Assembly (NCBI GenBank): GCA_964016885.1
Contig: OZ024743.1
Coordinates: 306,032,001-306,096,000 of the forward strand
DNA length: 64,000 bases
Reading direction: 5' to 3'
Source: Eledone cirrhosa
Lineage: Eukaryota
The notes below the pieces were generated by a model. The model searched no databases and was not told where the DNA came from. It saw nothing but the letters and a program-made list of their open reading frames with translations. This document shows, piece after piece, positions 58,401 to 64,000 of the stretch (its first letter is position 1; every line of letters begins with the position of its first letter). The position numbers and the translations under genes are program-made.

Positions 58401-61400
58401 ATGGTAATGTGAGAATGTATGGTAGATCTACCACCTTATCATTGGTATTAAGGTTAGCTGATGGTAATGTGAGAATGTATGGTAGATCTCCCACCTTACC
58501 ATTGGTATTAAGGGTAGTTGATGGTAGTGAGATATGTATGGTAGATCTACCACCTTACCATTGGTATTAAGGGTAGCTAATGGTAATGTGAGAATGTATG
58601 GTACATCTCCCACCTTACCATTGGTATTAAGAGTAGTTGCTTGTAGTGTGATATGTATGCTAGATCTAACACCTTACCATTGGTATTAAGGGTAGTTGAT
58701 GGTAGTGTGATATGTATGGTAGATCTACCAACTTACCATTTGTATTAAGGGTATCTGATGGTAATGTGAGAATGTATGGTAGATCTACCACCTTACCATT
58801 GGTATTAAGGTTAGCTGATGGTAGTGTGATATGTATGGTAGATCTACCACCTTACCATTGGTATTAAGTCTAGCTGATGGTAATGTGAGAATATATGGTA
58901 GATCTACCTCCTTACAATTGGTATTAAAGGTAGCTGATGGTAGTGTGATATGTATGGTAGAACTACCACCTTACCATTGGTATTAAGATTAGCTGATGGT
59001 AATGTGAGAATGTATGGAAGATATGCCACCTTACCATTGGTATTAAGGGTAGCTGATGGTAATGTGACAATGTATGGTAAATATGCCACCTTACCATTGG
59101 TATTAAGGGTAGCTGATGGTAGTGTGATATGTATGGTAGATCCTCCACCTTATCATTGGTATTAAGGTTAGCTGATGGTAGTGTGATATGTATGGTAGAT
59201 CTACCACCTTACCATTGGTATTAAGGGTAGCTGATGGTAATGTGAGAATGTATTGTAGATCTACCTCCATACAATTGGTATTAAAGGTAGCTGATGGTAG
59301 TCTGAGAATGTATGTATTGTAGATCTCCCACCTTACCATTGGTATTAAGGGTAGCTAATGGTAGTGTGATATGTATGGTATATCTACCACCTTACCATTG
59401 GTATTAAAGGTAGCTGATGGTATTTTGAGAATGTATGGTAGATCTGCCCCCTTACCATTGGTATTAAGAGTAGCTGATGGTAGTGTGAGAATGTATGGTA
59501 GATCTCCCACCTTACCATTGGTATTAAGGTTAGCTGATGGTAATGTGAGAATGTATGGTAGATCTACCAACTTACCATTGGTATTAAGGGTAGCTGATGG
59601 TAGTGTGATATGCATGGTAGATATACCACCTTATCATTGGTATTAAGGTTAGCTGATGGTAATGTGAGAATGTATGGTAGATCTACCACCTTACCATTGG
59701 TATTAAGGGTAGCTAATGGTAATGTGAGAATGTGTGGTAGATCTCCCACCTTACCATTGGTATTAAGGGTAGCTGATGGTAGTGTGATATGTATGGTAGA
59801 TCTACCACCTTACCATTGGTATTAAGGGTAGCTGATGGTAGTGTGATATGTATGGTAGAACTACCACCTTACCATTGGTATTAAGGTTAGCTGATGGTAA
59901 TGTGAGAATGTATGGTAGATCTACCAACTTACCATTGGTATTAAAGGTAGCTGATGGTAGTGTGATATGTATGGTAAATCTACCACCTTACCATTGGTAT
60001 TAAGATTAGCTGATGGTAATGTGAGAATGTATGGTAGATATGCCACCTTACCATTGGTATTAAGGGTAGCTGATGGTAGTGTGATATACATGGTAGATCT
60101 ACCACCTTATCATTGGTATTAAGGTTAGCTGATGGTAATGTGAGAATGTATGGTAGATCTACCACCTTACCATTGGTGTTAAGGGTAGCTAATGGTAATG
60201 TGAGAATGTATGGTAGATCTCCCACCTTACCATTGGTATTAAGGGTAGCTGATTGTAGTGTGATATGTATGGTAGATCTACCACCTTACCATTGGTATTA
60301 CGGGTAGCTGATGGTAGTGTGATATGTATGGTAGAACTACCACCTTACCATTGGTATTAAGATTAGCTGATGGTAATGTGAGAATGTATGGAAGATATGC
60401 CACCTTACCATTGGTATTAAGGGTAGCGGATGGTAGTGTGATATGTATGGTAGATCCTCCACCTTATCATTGGTATTAAGGTTAGCTGATGGTAGTGTGT
60501 TATGTATGGTAGATCTACCACCTTACCATTGGTATTAAGGGAAGCTGATGAAAATGTGAGAATGTATGGTAGATCTCCCACCTTACCATTGGTATTAAGG
60601 GTAGCTGATGGTATTGTGAGAATATATGCTAGATCTACAACCTTACCATTGGTATTAAGGGTAGCTAATGGTAATGTGATATGTATGGTAGAACTACCAC
60701 CTTACCATTGGTATTAAGATTAGCTGATGGTAATGTGAGAATGTATGGAAGATATGCCACCTTACCATTGGTATTAACGGTAGCTGATGGTAATGTGACA
60801 ATGTATGGTAGATATGCCACCTTACCATTGGTATTAAGGGTAGCTGATGGTAGTGTGATATGTATGGTAGATCTACCACCTTATCATTGGTATTAAGGTT
60901 AGCTAATGGTAATGTGAGAATGTATGGTAGATCTCCCACCTTACCATTGGTATTAAGGGTAGCTGATGGTAATGTGAGAATGTATGGTAGATCTCCCACC
61001 TTACCATTGGTATTAAAGGTAGCTGATGGTAGTGTGAGAATGTATGGTAGATCTCCCACCTTATCATTGATATTAAGGTTAGCTGAGGGTAGTGTGATAT
61101 GTATGGTACATCTCCCAACTTACCATTGGTATTAGGGGTAGCTAATGTTATTGTGAGAATGTATGGTAGATCTACCACCTTACCATTGGTATTAAAGGTA
61201 GCTGATGGTAATGTATGGTAGATCTACCAACTTACCATTGTTATTAAAGGTAGCTGATGGTAGTGTGTGAATTTATGGTAGATCTACCACCTTACCATTG
61301 GTATTAAGGTTAGCTAATGGTAATGTGAGATTGTATGGTAGATCTCTCAACTTACCATTAGTATTAAGGGTAGCTGATGGTATTGTCATATGTATGGTAG

Positions 61401-64000
61401 ATATACCAACATACCATTGGTATTAAGGTTAGCTGATGGTAATATGAGAATGTATGGTAGATCTCCCACCTTACCATTGGTATTAAGGGTAGCTGATGGT
61501 AATGTGAGAATATATGGTAGACCTACCACCTTACCATTGGTATTAAAGGTAGCTGATGGTAATGTGAGAATGTATGGTAGATCTGCCACCTTACTATTGG
61601 TATTAAGGGTAGCTGATGGTAGTGTGATATGTATGGTATATCTACCACCTTACCATTGGTATTAAAGGTAGCTGATGGTATTGTGAGAATATATGGTAGA
61701 TCTACCACCTTACCATTGGTATTAAAGATAGCTGATGGTAATGTGAGAATGTATGGCAGATCTCCCACCTTACCATTGGTATTCAGGGTAGCTGGTGGTA
61801 GTGTGATATGTATTGTAGATCTAACACCTTACCAATGGTATTAAGATTAGCTGATGGTAATGTGAGAATGTATGGTAGATATGCCACCTTACCATTGGTA
61901 TTCAGGTTAGCTGATGGTAGTGTGATATGTATGGTAGATCTACCACCTTACCATTGGTATTAAGGGTAGCTGATGGTAATGTGAGAATGTATGCTAGATC
62001 TACCACCTTACCATTGGTATTAAAGGTAGCTGATGGTAGTGTGATATGTATGGTAGATCTACCACCTTATCATTGGTATTAAGGTTAGCTGATGGTAATG
62101 TGAGAATGTATGGTAGATCTACCACCTTACCATTGGTATTAAAGGTAGCTGATGGTAGTGTGATATGTATGGTAGATCTAGCAATTTACCATTGGTATTA
62201 AGGTTAGATGATGGTAATGTGAGAATGTATGGTAGATCTACCACCTTACCATTGGTATTAAACGTAGCTGATGGTAGTGTGTTATGCATGGTAGATCTAC
62301 CACCTTACCATTGGTATTAAAATTAGCTGATGGTAATGTGAGAATGTATGGTAGATATGCCACCTTACCATTGGAATTCAGGTTAGCTGATGGTAATGTG
62401 AGAATGTATGGTAGATCTCCCACCTTACCATTGGCATTAAGGGTAGCTGATGGTAATGTGAGAATGTATGGTAGATCTACCACCTTACCATTGGTATTAA
62501 GGTTAGCTGATGGTAGTGTGATATGTATGGTAGATCTACCACCTTACCATTGGTATTAAGATTATCTGATGGTAATGTCATAATGTATGGTAGATATGCC
62601 ACCTTACCATTGGTATTAAGGGTAGTTGATGGTAGTGTGATATGTATGGTAGATCTACCAACTTATCATTGGTATTAAGGTTAGCTTATGGTAATGTGAG
62701 AATGTATGGTTGATCTCCCACCTTATCATTGGTATTAAGGTTAGCTGATGGTAACGTGAGAATGTATGGTAGATGTCCCACCTTATCATTGGTATTAAGG
62801 TTAGCTGATGGTAATGTGAGAATGTATGGTAGATCTACCACCTTATCATTGGTATTAAGGTTAGCTGATGGTAATGTGAGAATGTATGGTAGATCTCCCA
62901 CCTTACCATTGGTATTAAGGGTAGTTGATGGTAGTGTGATATGTATGGTAGATCTACCACCTTACCATTGGTATTAAGGGTAGCTAATGGTAATGTGAGA
63001 ATGTATGGTAGATCTCCCACCTTACCATTGGTATTAAGAGTAGTTGCTTGTAGTGTGATATGTATGCTAGATCTAACACCTTACCATTGGTATTAAGGGT
63101 AGTTGATGGTAGTGTGATATGTATGGTAGATCTACCACCTTACCATTGGTATTAAGGGTATCTGATGGTAATGTGAGAATGTATGGTAGATCTACCACCT
63201 TACCATTGGTATTAAGGTTAGCTGATGGTAGTGTGATATGTATGGTAAATCTACCACCTTACCATTGGTATTAAGTCTAGCTGATGGTAATGTGAGAATA
63301 TATGGTAGATCTACCTCCTTACAATTGGTATTAAAGGTAGCTGATGGTAGTGTGATATGTATGGTAGAACTACCACCTTACCATTGGTATTAAGATTAGC
63401 TGATGGTAATGTGAGAATGTATGGAAGATATGCCACCTTACCATTGGTATTAAGGGTAGCTGATGGTAATGTGACAATGTATGGTAAATATGCCACCTTA
63501 CCATTGGTATTAAGGGTAGCTGATGGTAGTGTGATATGTATGGTAGATCCTCCACCTTATCATTGGTATTAAGGTTAGCTGATGGTAGTGTGATATGTAT
63601 GGTAGATCTACCACCTTACCATTGGTATTAAGGGTAGCTGATGGTAATGTGAGAATGTATTGTAGATCTACCTCCATACAATTGGTATTAAAGGTAGCTG
63701 ATGGTAGTCTGAGAATGTATGTATTGTAGATCTCCCACCTTACCATTGGTATTAAGGGTAGCTAATGGTAGTGTGATATGTATGGTATTTCTACCACCTT
63801 ACCATTGGTATTAAGGGTAGCTGATGGTAGTGTGATATGCATGGTAGATATACCACCTTATCATTGGTATTAAGGTTAGCTGATGGTAATGTGAGAATGT
63901 ATGGTAGATCTACCACCTTACCATTGGTATTAAGGGTAGCTAATGGTAATGTGAGAATGTGTGGTAGATCTCCCACCTTACCATTGGTATTAAGGGTAGC
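55467..64000. repeat. Tandem duplication, period 4407 bp (~74 monomers), with several substitutions and a 180-bp (three-monomer) deletion in the second copy near 63800
   Basis: ORF offset is 4407 (55573->59980, 57831->62238, 59103->63510), then 4227 (59564->63791). Confidence 0.9.

Larger units (their letters stand above)
1..64000. repeat. Tandem satellite DNA array of 59/60-bp monomers, head-to-tail in one orientation, running off both window ends and interrupted only by the SINE at 50000-50184
   Basis: Seen directly: the core ATGTATGGTAGATCTACCACCTTACCATTGGTATTAAGG recurs every 59-60 bp across the window. There are two main types: 60 bp with GGTAATGTGAGAATG and 59 bp with GGTAGTGTGATATG. 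Rare length variants include 52, 58, 61, 64, 44 and 41 bp. Confidence 0.99.

Noticed and set aside
1-64000. Hundreds of short repetitive ORFs on both strands (MYGRSTTLPLVLRVADGNVR / DLPYILTLPSANLNTNGKV 20-aa repeats)
   Set aside because: The 60-bp monomer happens to be stop-free in some frames, and every 59-bp monomer shifts the frame. ORFs overlap on both strands, frameshifting indels are frequent, and there is no unique N- or C-terminal domain.
1-64000. CRISPR array or other repeat-spacer system (palindromic repeat with ~60-bp period)
   Set aside because: There are no unique spacers, since the whole period is repeated with only point variants. No leader or cas genes are present, and the SINE indicates a eukaryotic context.
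1-64000. Tandem MITE or DNA-transposon origin of the monomer, suggested by its inverted repeats
   Set aside because: The dyads are short and internal, with no terminal inverted repeat plus TSD arrangement. The array ends are outside the window, so an origin cannot be supported.
1-64000. Regular GATC/BglII sites as a bacterial Dam or replication-origin iteron signal
   Set aside because: They are simply the centre of the monomer palindrome, and nothing else in the window is prokaryotic.

Overview
This window is almost entirely one eukaryotic tandem satellite array (roughly 1,070 monomers, ~40% GC, nearly CpG-free). It mixes a 60-bp monomer (GTAGCTGATGGTAATGTGAGAATGTATGGTAGATCTMCCACCTTACCATTGGTATTAAGG) and a 59-bp monomer (…GGTAGTGTGATATGTATGG…), both rich in dyad symmetry (TGGTAGATCTACCA, TACCAtTGGTA). 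The array has layered higher-order structure: an old, reshuffled kb-scale order of diagnostic monomers, overlaid by younger tandem duplications with periods of 8917, 2198, 1850, 3867 and 4407 bp. The only non-satellite DNA is a 185-bp tRNA-derived SINE (50000-50184) with A/B boxes and a perfect 14-bp target-site duplication. It is inserted at the monomer palindrome, and three paralogous empty sites lie in the same window. From recall, not a search, the SINE resembles octopus/cephalopod SINEs. A 129-bp microhomology-bounded templated insertion lies at ~42.5 kb. I find no credible protein-coding gene, CRISPR array or new multi-gene system; all listed ORFs are by-products of the 60-bp period.
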